Assembly (NCBI GenBank): GCA_026023565.1
Contig: JAPETS010000010.1
Coordinates: forward strand, 1-64,000
Length of the DNA stretch: 64,000 bases
Source of the DNA: Cirrosporium novae-zelandiae
Taxonomy: Eukaryota
Direction: 5' to 3'
The stretch's first letter is position 1; every line of letters begins with the position of its first letter. The position numbers and the translations under genes are program-made. This document shows positions 11,633 to 25,077 of the stretch, piece after piece. Below the pieces are notes generated by a model. The model made no database searches and had not been told where the DNA came from. It was given only the letters and a program-made list of their open reading frames with translations.

Positions 11633-13410
11633 TCAAATCTTGTTTTGTTTTCTCCTTTCTAGTAACTCTGCCTCCATCTTTGCGAATCCTTCTACTGCCT
11701 TTCCATATTTCTCAAAAACTCCGGGCTGGTAACCATCAGCAATCTTTTCAACAAAATCTTCCTCCTTCCATCTTTTTCCAACCAGGTCTTCGAATTTCTC
11801 TCCATTTTTACGTTCAATAGCCCATACGGCCTTATATGCCGCTCCCAGTGCACAAGCATTCTCTCCAATCTCAAGCTTGAAGACACCTTCGGACCCTCCG
11901 AAGATTTCACCAGCGAGCTTAGCAATGGCCTTGTTTCGAGAGCCACCGCCGACCAAATAAACCCTTCTTGGTTGCGGAGGTAATCCTTTGGCTGGACTGT
12001 GGACTAAGTTCTGGGAGCGGAAACGACAAGAAAGGAATTGACTCTCAACAATTGTTCTTGCATCATCATCTGGCTTGTTGAAGCCTTCCAGAGACTCTTT
12101 TAGAGCCCCTGTCTTTGGATCATAGTTGAAATGCCATTCACCAGCAGGTAGGTTTGGCACAATTTCTGGCCTGGAAAAGTATAATGCCATTTTCATCAAA
12201 TCAGTATCATTGGTCGTCCCAAGAGGTGGTTTTGCAAGGCATAATTTGTCAAAGTCGGCCCAGACATTTCCAGTGTTTCCGGTTGTTTTGTTGATGGCGT
12301 CTCGTACATGTTCACGGGCTAAGCCTCCATTTTTGTAGCAAAGCATAAACATGTAGAGACCAGCAGTGGTTGGATGGTTGAAGAAGTGATAAGCAGGATC
12401 GGGCCGATACTCGGGAGTGGACATGAGGAATGTGGTGGAGGTTCCAAGGGAAACCATGGCGTCAAGAGGTCGGAGTGGCAGGGCGATTATGGTGGCTGGG
12501 TTATCACCAGTAGATGGTACGACAGTACACTCGGGGCTGAACCCATACTTTTTCACAAAATATGGGCTAATGTGGCCTAAATGATAGCCACCATCTTCAT
12601 GTACTTTCCCTAGTTTCTGCTTTAACTCTCCTGCTGTAGAGATTGAGCCCGAGGCAAGCTCCAGGAGTTTCTCATCCCATTTTCCCCCGTTAATATTCCA
12701 AAGATCCATGCCACATACATCGGAGATATCAATGGGCGCAACGGCTCCAAGAAGGACGGATGCCACGAAGGAGGATACAAGGGAAATACGAGCTGTTTTC
12801 TTGTAGGCCTCGGGATGCTTTCTGGTAAGGCGTAGTATCTGTGGGCCAGTGAAACGCTATGATGCAAAGTTAGTAATTATTCATCGCATTGGATCGATAT
12901 TCTTACATGATGTGCTTTGCTTCCAGTCGATTGGGCAAGGGCTTCTGGATTCCCAAGAGCGACATCAAATTCATCACACTCTTTCTGGGTGCTTGCGTCT
13001 TGCCAATTGGGACTGTATGGATGAGCAAAAGCTTCAACCAATTGCTCTTGGAGTCCTTTGCTAGGATCGAGTTTCTTTAACAGCTCCTCGCCTTTGGCAC
13101 TCCAGAAAACGCTCCCATGTTGCTGACCTGCGCCGCTGATTCCTCGAATGCGACTCACATCCACCTTTTTATCCACAAATTTCTGCAAGACATGATCGAA
13201 AGCTTGGAGCCACAAGGCCACTGGCGCAAAGACCTCGTGCTCTGCCTCATTGACCATGACACCCTTTTCAATCGCAAAGCCTTTTGATTCGGCATCAAAA
13301 TCGAAAAGAGAGACATCTACAACTTTGAGGTCTGAATCCACAACAACACCCTTCAATTGTTGGGTTGAAAGATCGAACCCTAGATAAAGCGGTCCACTTC
13401 CGTTTGTCAT
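11633..13410 (-). CDS. xks1: D-xylulose kinase (FGGY family); intron 12906-12857
   Basis: [42 protein letters not shown] and VGGGSRN motifs. Confidence 0.95.
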
Positions 13411-13540
13411 GGTTGCTAATGGTATAAGGAGTAATTGGAAAAGATGATAAGTTATGAGATGCCTGAAGGGGGATGAGATGTGAGACCTCAAAAATATATT
13501 AGTAGATGGGGCACAATTGTTTGGTTGATATGGATGAACA

Positions 13541-13546
13541 GGCTAA
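13541..13546 (+). promoter_or_regulatory. Possible XlnR/Xyr1 site (GGCTAA); CreA-type GTGGGG at 13751-13756
   Basis: Consensus hexamers about 130 and 340 bp upstream of the xylulokinase ATG; short motifs that could be chance matches. Confidence 0.35.
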
Positions 13547-14219
13547 TTTGTAGGTTAGTCAGAGTTACGCCAAACTAAAGGATCCAGTTATTAGTATAAT
13601 GATAACTGGGATCTTGTGAGCAGATAGAATGCCTCTATTATCTAGTCATACTTTGTGCACGCTATCTGGTGGTCTGAAGATGGAAAAATATAGAAGAGTT
13701 TCATATTTGGACCTGACCTGTTGGATATGTAAAAGGTAGAATTACCCACAGTGGGGTGATGGTGGTTGTTATTTCTGGTGGGTTTTGGATGAATTCAGCC
13801 AGATGAGTTTGTGACGTCGGCAATCGGGTTAAAGTAAAGCCACCCGTCGGATGAATTGACAAATGGTCAAGGGTTTCACGTGCACAATTATATCGTGAGT
13901 TTGGATAATATGCTGAATGAGAGGAATAAGCGGTCTAATTGTATTCGCTCTAGAGTACCTAGGTACTATGTGGTATTCCCTTTCTCATCCTTTTTTCTTG
14001 GGTAATATCTTGGATATGTACTTTCGAAAGTATTGCCCTTGCAGTTATTTCGCAGATCTTCTAAGATCTATCCTATTCCACCGTCCAAGGAAACGCAGCT
14101 AGCCAACCCTCCGACTTGATAACTCCTCGTCTTAATGCCAGAAATCCCTGTGTAGAAATACATGTTTCGAGTGCTATTCCCCAAACTCCCAATAATCATT
14201 TGGACCCATAATCCAACCT

Positions 14220-15727
14220 CTATGGCGCCTTGATTTTGCCGTTTGTTTGTACCTCGTGATGGTCATGCTGGTGATGATGTTCATGTTCATGTTTCTCGTC
14301 CGGCTCAGGGCTGTGTGGACTGACTTCGGACCCTATAAATTCATCCGCAAAATCCGGCTGTTCCTGCTCTTTAGGCACAAACCTAATTCGAACCCGTCGG
14401 ACACCCCTCACATTTGAACCAACCCGCTCTCGTACCAGCTGCTCCACAACCCGTTGTCGAGAAAGGGTCCACTGGCTTGGGACCGCAAGTTCAACATCCA
14501 TAAGATAGTTTTGTCCAGATTTAACTCCTTGGATATCACGAACCTCCACATCTTCTGCAGTGGCCATGGATGCATTGCGTAAAGCTTTATCTGCTGCCTT
14601 TTTAACCGAAAGTCTCATCTCATCGTCTACTCCAATGTCTGCACATTCACAAAATGCATTAACCGTGTTACCCCATCCGGCCCGAATGACCATAAGAGAG
14701 ATGATCAACGATCCGACTGGGTCCATCCAAGTTGCCCCGTTCAGAAAATATGAACCACCGATGGCAGCCAAAGCGACAATGCCGGTAAGGGAATCAACAC
14801 GATGGTGGATAGCATTAGAAGAGAGAACCGTAGATTTTCGTTCTTTGGCAACTTTCATAGCTGAAAGAAATGTTAGGATGAACTTCTTCTTCAAGGGAAA
14901 GGATACTGACTTGCTCGGTAAAGCCATTCTTTGATAACTACTGAAGCCGCAGCAAGCCAGGCGGCATTGAGGCTAGGAGCCATATGACTATGTGAATGGC
15001 CTGAAAAGAATGGTATTTCCCAATGATGCATGAAATGGGCAACATCAGGCAGAAGATGCCAGCATAGGCTAGAACATGCTTCACCACACATAAACAAACC
15101 GCCTCCAAGTAGCAAGGCGGAGACGCCTAAAGAGCCAAGACTTTCTATCTTTCCGTAGCCACTTGGAAACTTACGGGTCGGTGGTTCGTGTGACCATGAT
15201 ACAGTTGCAAGTGTCATTACATCAGAGACTAGATCCGTTGCAGCATGAATAGCATCTGCTAACAATGCTTGCGAGTGAAAGATGTATCCCCCAACCCCCT
15301 TTCCCACTGCCATCAGAACATTTGCGTAGAGACCAAGTCGGGTAATTCGAACACCAGCATCGGTTTTGTCGGTAGAGGTGAGGTAGACATTGTCGTGGGC
15401 ATGATGGCTGTGAGAATGCCCTCCGTGGGATCTCGTCTGAATGGCTGTCATCTTGGGTAGAAGAATAGGAGAGGCGATGTTTGGATTAAGAGTCTGACGG
15501 TGAGAAATATTATAAGTGACAGAAGAATGAAGAGGGATAAGGGTTGAAGTCAACAGGATCCGCCGTTGCTGGCTGTTCGTGAGGACGCGTGTTTTGAAAA
15601 GTAGGTGACGTCTGGGATTGAAACCTGAGGATCTGCAGGGGTTGTTGGAACGCAAGGTCCCAAGGTTGGCAGAAGCCGACCGAGAGAGCGAGAGCAGAGC
15701 CCCATCCGAGCAGCTCAGCAACGGCAT
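14220..15727 (-). CDS. mmt2: Mitochondrial cation diffusion facilitator (Mmt1/Mmt2-like), 2 exons
   Basis: Arg/Ser/Leu-rich presequence, HGGHSHSH, SQALLADAIHAATD, FPSGYGKIESL, KEWLY, SNAIHHRVD. Confidence 0.9.
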
Positions 15728-16266
15728 TGGTATTAGGAGGGGGGACAGTTAATTAAAAGAGTAGGAAATTTTCGATGATTGATATTTGTCCAAGAAAAGT
15801 CCGTTCTCGCATTGCTGAGGGTTAGAAAAATGAATGAAAAGGATGTCAATCTCTACATTAATCATTGATTTATGTGGAGCGATCGCAATTATTTAAAGAA
15901 GTTGTCGTAAAAAAAAATTGAAATCTCATCAATGAGGGAAGGATCTCAGCCCATTATGACATTTGGACCCCAGTCATTAAATTGACGCGATTCTGTTCTT
16001 TGCTGTGTCCGACCTTTACACCGGAACTATCCGTCATCAACCCCCCCAGGCCGATAAAATACCCCGATCGAATAGCCCGACCTTTGGTACTTTAAACCCC
16101 GATCATCGCTCTCATATTAACGTATCAAAGATCAAACTAACTCAATGATGTAATCTATCTACTGGAACTAATTACATCTACTGCATTCTTAAGCAATAAC
16201 ATCTCCTTATCCGATAGACTATCTCCAAATCTTCTTGCTTAATACTCAACACATGGGCTCTTCTCC

Positions 16267-17491
16267 ATGAATAAACCTTTTATGAGAATACCCTACACGG
16301 GCCCATTACCACCCCCCATTATTATTCCGTCGCATGCTAACACTTCTGCTGGTGCCATATCCGCCCTATACAATTTCCTGGTCGCTCGTTCTTATGGTCG
16401 TCCTTCGCGAACTGTGTTACTCTCGGGTGCCGGAATATCGGTAGCATCTGGATTGGCTGATTATCGAGGCAAAGATGGGACATATACACGAAACAAGGCA
16501 TATCGACCAATTTATTATCATGAGTTCTTGGAAAGTCATGAGGCTCGAAAACGTTACTGGGCGAGAAGTTTTTTAGGATGGCCAACACTACATCATGCAA
16601 AGCCAAACAATGCCCATTGGGCTGTAAAAAAGCTGGGGGAATTAGGACTATTGAGTAGTGTAATTACACAGAGTACACAGCGCCCAAGTTTTAAGGAATA
16701 ACTACTAGTCAAGTACTAATTGTTATTTTGCAGATGTGGATTCCTTCCATCCTATTGCTCATCCTGAATTATCAACCATTGAACTTCATGGATTCCTTCG
16801 TTCCGTAGTATGCGTCAATTGTCACGCCCACATGCCTCGAGATGACTTTCAGAAGTCTCTAGCAGTTTTGAATCCTGCATGGGCTGAATTCCTGGAGGAA
16901 TTACTTAAAACTGGAGCTCTAGATACTGAAGACCCTGTTGATCGTCGGAAGAAGGGATTACAGACAAATCCGGATGGAGACGTCGACCTACCACGTGCTC
17001 CCTATAGCACCTTCAGATATCCAGCTTGTCCAACATGTTTGACAAGACCACCGAAACTAGAAAATGGAAGAGTTGCAACAGTAGAGGTTGACTCGGACGG
17101 TGCATGGTCTACAGCATCGACAGCTGGAGTGTTGAAACCGGCTGTTATAATGTTTGGAGAGTCTATATCATCTGAAGTAAAGATTGCTGCGGAGGAAGCT
17201 ATTGATCACAGCGACCGAATTTTAATCGTTGGATCCTCACTTGCCACCTATTCTGCCTGGAGGCTTGTTAAGAAAGCTAAAGATAATGGAATGCCTATTG
17301 GAATACTTAATCTTGGAGGTGTCCGAGGAGAAGATAAATTTTTTGAGCATATTAATCCAGATAACAAAGGAGAGGGAGCATTTCGATGTAACGAAAATGC
17401 CCAAGATATTTTGCCTGAAGTTGTTGATAAGCTTCAAAGTCATACCCACACGAAAGCTTCAATTCCTCAAATCAAAGCACAGGCTAGTTGA
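16267..17491 (+). CDS. Class II (SIRT4-like) NAD-dependent deacylase; intron 16673-16733
   Basis: SGAGISVASGLADYRG, RKRYWARSFLGW, ITQNVD across the splice, ELHG, two CxxC pairs, LKPAVIMFGE, VGSSL. Confidence 0.92.
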
Positions 17492-19741
17492 TTCCAGTCC
17501 TACTGGAAAGTGATAGGATACCTTATAGCAGAAATGTGTCCGGTATTCACATACTGCTTTTGGTATCCCAATGAGATTTATGTATTGGGCTGGCATCTTT
17601 GTTGAAGGTCCAGACCGGGGTTAATGAGTAACAAGAGTGACTGATATTATCATTTTTCGGGCTCTTTTAACTATTCAATATTATCTATCGATATCTTCCA
17701 ACATTGCAGCAAGTCCTAACCGACCTTATACTCTGGAGAATTTTACGATTCCTATTCAGATTCTATCAATATCATGTCACTTTCAATATGAATGACGATG
17801 ACTATAATCTGATCTCGCCATCTACATCCACAGCATCGAAAGCATTTTACTCCCAGGCATTTCTAACTGTGAATCTTACTGTCTTGTTCCAGGGCCCTGC
17901 TTCCAGTTGACTCCACTAATAGCCCTACTAGTATTGGAAAAGAACGAGTTGAAGTTGTCTGAATCGCCCTAGCTACAATCTGTGAATACTACCATTTTAT
18001 GAAAGAACGGTATCTCATCTTTCAAATAAATTCAACCTCGATCGACACTCCACACTGCCCAGGTCTGGAAATATCTAGAAAAGCTATATATAACCTTCAT
18101 AACTTGGTCTTTTCTCACGATGATGGAGCGCCTGCCTATTCATTGCTCATATATTGAAGCCTGGTCTTCTGCAAAGCTTATGAAGAGTCTACCATCACCC
18201 TTTTTCTCCTAGAGAGGAGCCTTGGCTATACTGTCTAAGCATTGAAATAATTCTGGGCTTTTAACTAACGAAAATTCGCTACCTACTGCACTTACATCAC
18301 CTACATTTCGATGTAGTTGTTACTTATGCTACAGAAGCGAATATATATTGGAATTCCCTTGTCCATCTGATAGGCTAGAATTGACCCCTTTCTTCCCAGA
18401 CCGGTTTTTGGCAGCTTATACTCTCTGGTTACACTGATCTTGTGTCTAGAGCTAGTCTTGACTCATTCTCTGCTTCACTTAAATGACTGGCATTCCCTCA
18501 CTAGCGCCATTCTAGTTCACTTGAGTGAAGGCTGTCAAAGTTTGTTATGCTATACATCTGAGTGACTAATAGTTGGCTATTGCTACAGTGAATTTTGGAC
18601 ATGTTTTTGTTTGCTAGGATGCACATAAGTTGATGGCAATTCCTGCTTCTTTTCAATTTTTTCTGGATCTCCTTCCAGAAATTCTATAAGAGTAAATTTC
18701 AGTCTATATATTCTCTTTGTGACAAGGTCTCTGCAAGTATGATTGTGCTCACACCTGTTAAAAATTACCAGATTCTCCATCCACCCTAGTTTACGATTCT
18801 TGGAAGAGCGTGATAGTTATAGTATAGATGAGAAATTCAAACAGCACCTTGAGATCTTGGTTGAAGCGTTTCATCAACAATATCTAGAAAATCAAACCAG
18901 CTAGTCATGAACCCCTTTTCACACTCACCCATATATTACTATACTAACGGCATAGTAAGATGAGATCGCTATAAGATATTCGAGATCAAGAAGAAAAAAA
19001 GCTTTGAATTGAATCTTTTGTTTCTCTCTTAATATTTTATACCAAATGTACGAGCATGCTTACGAAGAAATAGGCTTTGTTTTATTTTCACTGACAGCTT
19101 CTTCATACCACAAAAGCAAAAGAAATTCCTAAAGTCACCTTTCGGGTTATATTAATACCTAACCAGGCCCAAACGGATCATTCCTAAATTCGTGACAGTC
19201 CTCCGTGACAATAGCATCCCTAAAACGTATCTGCCAATTCAATGACCAACAGATTCACACTACCATTAATAAAAAGATAACGGGGGGACAAGCCCAAACC
19301 AATCTCCACAACTAGCGTTCTGTTCCCCTAAAAGATAGCTTCTTCCAGCCTCTTCTACCACACTCGCTACCAACCTAAAGAAAGAACTCTAGAAAAACGA
19401 GATCTGGAAATGATTCTCATCACAACACACTATCTCCAACTAAGGACTATACTCCCGCAAGTGCAATTGCAATTGACTTTCGCTATATTTACTGCTATAA
19501 AACAAGTCAGGTAAGCTCTTAATTAAAGAAGCTCCCGCCTCTTGAACGTGTGCTACGAATTTTTTTTTACAAAATATCGTGGAGGCTAGCAAGTTCATCC
19601 GCTTTCATGCATGCAAGCAACGGCAATTACCACTAAGCGTGCTCTCAGTATGTTCCAGGAGCATACTCACATCTTAGATTTTGAGATGCAAAATGTTCCC
19701 AAGACAGGTGCCTCGGCTTGGAAGCACAGAGAATCTGACAT

Positions 19742-20512
19742 CTGGTACTCCGCCGCCTCATTGACTATGCAACTTGGACAGCTAAATCCGGCAAATGGAA
19801 AACAGCTCGCTGTGCAATCGAGGGAAGCATTCCACAGCGGAAGGACGGCACTATTATTGCGTCAACCCCCTACATATGGTGCTAGCGACCCAGCGTATGA
19901 ACCGGGATTCGAAAAGATGATAACACCGAATGGATAGCATCCGCGGAGGAAGCTGTCATTCAAGGAGAACCGGACTGAGATCCATCAAACTATAGGAAGA
20001 GCATTATAGCTTCAACCAAGATCGAAGATAACTATTATGCTATTGGAGATCTCGAATACCGCTGGCCTCGGGATTATAAAGCAAAGTTACTAGTAGCTAA
20101 CAAAATCTATACATCCCGACAAAAAGCCAAATAACCCTGGTGTACGCATGGGAGTCCAGGCGATTTGTGGATGTGTGCTATAGTATACATATACTCCTCT
20201 TTATATTCTTGCTATCCCCATTTTTTTTCAACACAATATCGACACTTCTATTTAGCCCAAGGCTTGGATAAAGATCTGGAGGGTTATACTGATACCGTGG
20301 GAGAATTATATCAGCAAGCGTTTGCCGATGAACAGCAGAAGCTGGCAGACGCTATCCACAATCCGATTCCGTGGGAAACCGAGCCCAAAGGTCGTAGTGG
20401 CCGGAAAGCCAAACGCACTCTCGAGACCGCGGCGGATACGAACGACGAGACAGCAGAGTCGAGCCCGGCCAAGCGAGGTCGCCAGTCAGGAGGACGAAAG
20501 GCGAGATCTTAA
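19742..20512 (+). pseudogene. Degenerate gene with a His-Cys-box/His-Me finger endonuclease-like motif and a basic C-terminal tail
   Basis: HYYCVNPLHMVLATQRMNRDSKR* at 19849-19920 and CTHGSP near 20141; frameshifts and stops; last exon ends with NLS-like RKAKR and PAKRGR. Confidence 0.4.
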
Positions 20513-21015
20513 ATCAAAAAAGGCTTTGATTCTGCTTTGTTGTTGTTATTGATACATACCACGGGGAGAAAAATTCCAATAGGGATTAGCCCTAAAAGAA
20601 AGAAATGCGGCCCAGGAAAAGGCAGCAGCGGAGTATAATGATCTTATATATATACTCATATTTCTCCTTTTTGGTCCCGTGCTAATTAATCTTTTGAGTT
20701 ACTCATATATAGCTTCTTTCACCGCCTCCTCTACTTGTAGATGGCTCTTTCGAGGGACACAATATGGATGTCGCCGACTAAGGGGTGGTCTTGGGGTTTT
20801 CGCTGGGCCTGAGGCCACAATGCGTACATTAAATCAATACTGTACATCATACACACATTTTTCCCACTTCAGACCTACTCAGACTTACCTCTTCAAGCAT
20901 TAAATTCCTCCTCTTTTCCATAGTTATCCCCTTTATCTATTCCGCGGGAATTACTCCAGATTCTTTTCTCCCTTTCAGTAGTAGCTGTATCCTCCCCCCC
21001 CCCCCACTCAGAACC

Positions 21016-22850
21016 ATGGCATCTCAATGCACCCCCCTAGCTTTTCTATTTAATATTAGTTAAAAGAAATCGTCCATTGAAGAATTAATAGAACGTGTTT
21101 GAGATGCTCAACGAGCCAGTACAAGACAACTGGTGCTATTTACAACAATAACAACAATAGCAATACCAGCATATACCGATACAAGGGAAACGATGTCTAC
21201 TCCACTAGTCCCGTCAACAATAGACCCATAGAACAATAGAACAGACAATACCTTTCACCTAATAGTTCTACACCAACATCCATCGGTATCGCCTTTGTCC
21301 TCGTCTTTCTTGCCCATTTCACCGGAAAGGTCCTTCGAGTTTGATGCTCACCGATATAAGCCAAAGTGCTCTCTTCCCCGTCAGCTAATGAAGCTCCAGA
21401 TTCGTTTCCAAAAAAAAAAAAGTTTCCACGAGCGGGCCGGATTGCTTGCCCAGACAATTTTGTTCTTGAAATAAGGAAATCAATTAAAATATAATCAATC
21501 CTTAACCCTCACTTATTTCTCATTTACTGAACTACCAACTCACATTAGTCTTAGTCTTAGTGAACCCATATACATATTTATATACATCAATTCCAGATAA
21601 AATTTCAATTTTTGATGTAGTAGATGATATTTCATCTAATATAACATTTGGAAAAGAGAGATTGCTGAAAACCCACCTACTGAATATGACGGATAAAAAA
21701 CAGAGACGCCTGATTTTTGATCGATTCAAATCCAAGGTGCTATCAGATTTGAACGAAGGCTGGCGAACTTATATAACTGTAGATTCTCCCTCCAACCTCT
21801 CCCGCTTTTTCTTTTCAGCCAACCTCTATGATCCTAGTGTGCGACAAACAAGCTTGAAGCTCCGGCACCCTTTTTTAAATGGTATGCGGTTTCCGAATCG
21901 AGTTCGTTGATCATTAACTCATCAACTTATTAAAGAGTACCTCTCATACATAGCTTCATTAAATGCTTCTTATACCCTTTTTCATTATCGGTTTTGTTTT
22001 TCTAGGACCCATCTGCAATACTTGAAACTGGGGAGAATTTATTTGCCTCTAGATATGGCAAGCTTCAGGGAGGAATCCAATGGTTCCATGCGAATACTCA
22101 TCGCCTTCGTCTTACTAATGCTACCACCAGAAAGTCAATCAAGTCAGTGTGCTGACCGGTACTCTTATGAACCGTTTTGACTCCGCTCCGGCTGACCAAT
22201 GTCGAGCCTATTTCTATGCTGTATCGCGTAGCTGGAGTGATGTGCGAATGTTATTCCGCGGGGCGATCGGTCGATTCCTCGTCAAAGAAAGAGGTTGAAT
22301 ACTTCAACCTGATTCTTACTCCTTCGGGTTTGGATCGATCAAGTTGTACGCATACTAACAGCACGCCTAAGCTTCATAGTATCTCAGGTAGTTAAACAGC
22401 CTTTCAACTTCACAAACCACCACAAGTTCAGCCCAGATCAAGTGATTCCGGTGGGTGGCCAGATCTTGGAGAAACCGAAGAACATTAGACTATTTTGAAT
22501 GATGAAGAAGAAAGTAACATGGAATTTGAAAAGTATAGGGGAATTCCACGATCTCTTTCACAATGCGTATTTTTTTATTGATTGATCGCCTGAAAGGATA
22601 CTGCAGTGGTGAAAGGAGAGGACTTACTTCAAATCTAATATTCCATGTTTGCCATGAGAGGTGCAGCAATGCAACGGTACAGTACACGCATGAAGTGAAT
22701 GAAAGTGACAAAAGGTTCATTCGGATCGATGATATCAACCAACACTTTGCTATCTTAATCTTGAGAAGGGATTCAAGCAAGAGACCAAGCCGAGATCCTA
22801 AAATTACAACAGTGAAGAAGACGTGTTTGGGTCTGAATAAATGAAATTCG
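21016..22850 (+). pseudogene. Decayed protein-coding gene, possibly F-box/LRR-like
   Basis: Protein-like fragments (ORF 21560-21910; THLQYLKL, HRLRLTN, LTPLRLTNV) broken by stops and frameshifts. Confidence 0.3.
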
Positions 22851-23857
22851 AGCTGGGAGATCATCACCATCACGATATTATGCATGCCAAAACACTATTC
22901 TCGAGTGGGAAGAGCAAGCTCGCTTCTATTGGGTTCAGTATACATACATTTATAGCTCCGGATTGGGTTGGGTCTCGTCAAACTAATGACTAAATGCACA
23001 GTACACCACCCTTTCCACAGGGGATCAACTGATAATAAACAATAAGCAATAAGCAATAATGCAGAACAGCCCAAGGGGGAAGAACAAGGGCAAGCTTGTT
23101 CTTTAGCCGCCATACCACCATAATATATTTCTATAGTCACTAGCATAATCGAAACAAGTGGGAGGGAGGACGTGGTTTGTCAAAAAGGTGGAGAGGGGGG
23201 AGGGGGGGTTATTGGATTAGATTTGTTTGGATTAGAGAAGATTAGATTAGATTAGATTATTAGAGAGGAAAAGAAGTATTTAGGGGTATAGATGGGTATA
23301 AGATAGATAATAATTAGTGATAGGATTCTTATACTCAGTAGTATGGAGGAAGCTTCAAGCTCCAAGGTTCCAAGGTTGAGTTTTCGTGGTGGTTGTGTTT
23401 GTGATATACTTGTCTTGTGCTTGCCTATTCTCGGTAGAGATGGAATGAGTCGGCTACCTAGGTAGGTAGATCTAAAAAAAGAGCGTCGATTCTTTGTTTG
23501 TTGGGACTTGTCAGATTTGTTAGAAAGGAACTCGTTCTGACTTAGTTACTTATTGAGGTGTTTAGGTAATTAAGCTAAAAGCATAAAAGAACGAAAGTGG
23601 ATGTGGGAGATGTAGGGATAAGACCTCGTGTAATGGAGTGTAGTGGAGTGGAGTGAAGTGTTGAGGATATATTAGGAACTTGATTTTTTTTTGTTTGAGG
23701 GGATTCTCTGAGTTTGTATGTCTAGTTCTTTCTGTTTTTTGGGTCTGGTCGCTTTCATTCCTTACCTAGCCAAAAAGTACTGTGGTAGCTTTTGAAGTAT
23801 AGGTATATATATATATTCATCTATTCATTCATTCACGTACATTACGCCCCCCCCCCC

Positions 23858-25077
23858 CTACAATGAACTAGCAACATCACAATCACTCTCATCCGTACAC
23901 ATTTTCGTCCTCGCCAGATTCTTCTTCACCGGCCCCGTCGGTCCACTAACATACTTGCACTCATCCAAAATATCCCCCAACTCTATACAGATCTGTCTGC
24001 TGTCGCTTTCCGGGTACTCTTCGTCGCCCCAATGGCCTATATAGCTTAGCCAGCTGACGCCCTCGGTGGCTTGTTCTGTTGCGCCAATCCCAGAACCACC
24101 GGCGGAGGTGAACGTGGTGGTGGTGGTGTCGTACCAGTAGGAGCGGTAGTTTTGGGTCACGTCCCAGGGGGTGCCGGCGCCGGTGGTGTCATAGAGGAAG
24201 GTTACCGTTTCGTAGTAGTGTTTTCCGGTTTTGGCGTAGTCTGGAGGTGGGGAATGGGGGGTGAGTATGTGGGGTGATTGCTAGTTGGGGGGAGGGGGGA
24301 TGGCTTACTAGCATGTGTGCCTTGGGCAATGTAGATGGTAGCACGGCTGTTTGTTTGGGTGAGGGCAGAGTATTTGAAGGCTTTGCCGTTGGAGTGTTGG
24401 GAGAGGAAAATGTATTCGGGGGTGCCGTCGACGAAACGGACCTGATGAGGAGAAAGGGGGTCAATTGATGAGTAGATAACGGGAAGATGGGTGGAAATGG
24501 ATGCGAACCATAGTATGCTCCCAGTCTCCTACATGATTACCCCAATGTATCCCTAAAAGCCTGATTGCGGTTGTTAGGTTTGTTTTTGTCTTTCTCATTC
24601 GGAATTGGATTCGAGAAATCATGAAATTGCATACGAGTTTCCTTGGTCGTAGGAATAAAAAAAGAAGTAAAACACATCCACATAAGTACCCTTGTCCACT
24701 GCAATAATTGTTGCAGGCGCTGCCGTATACCCGTCACTGTCAGGTTTATTCGCTACCGATGTCAACCACGCCGGTTTATCCTCTACATCATCATACGAAG
24801 TCAGGTATGTGTCCGAGGCGTACTCGCTCAGCGTCTCTAGGGTCACGCTCGTGGAAACATTCACGTAGTCTTCTTCGACCGAGACATGCTTGACGTGCGT
24901 CGCAATGTCAGAACAGTAGAATGATTCGCCGCTGTAGAAATACGCGTAGGGAGCATAGGTCAGGGCGTAGTCGGGGAGGGCAGTACGCTTGGATAACTTC
25001 GGGGTAGGGGCGGCAAACACTGGAGTGAAGAGAGCCTCGGAAAGGAGTAAAGCACCTGAGAAGAAAGAGAGAGCCAT
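23858..25077 (-). CDS. Secreted Vps62-family protein, multi-exon
   Basis: Signal peptide then LSKR; YALTYAPYAYFYSGE, VDVFYFFFYSYDQGN, HVGDWEH (24536-24510 region), GTHA, WLSYIGHWGD, GPTGP. Confidence 0.85.
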
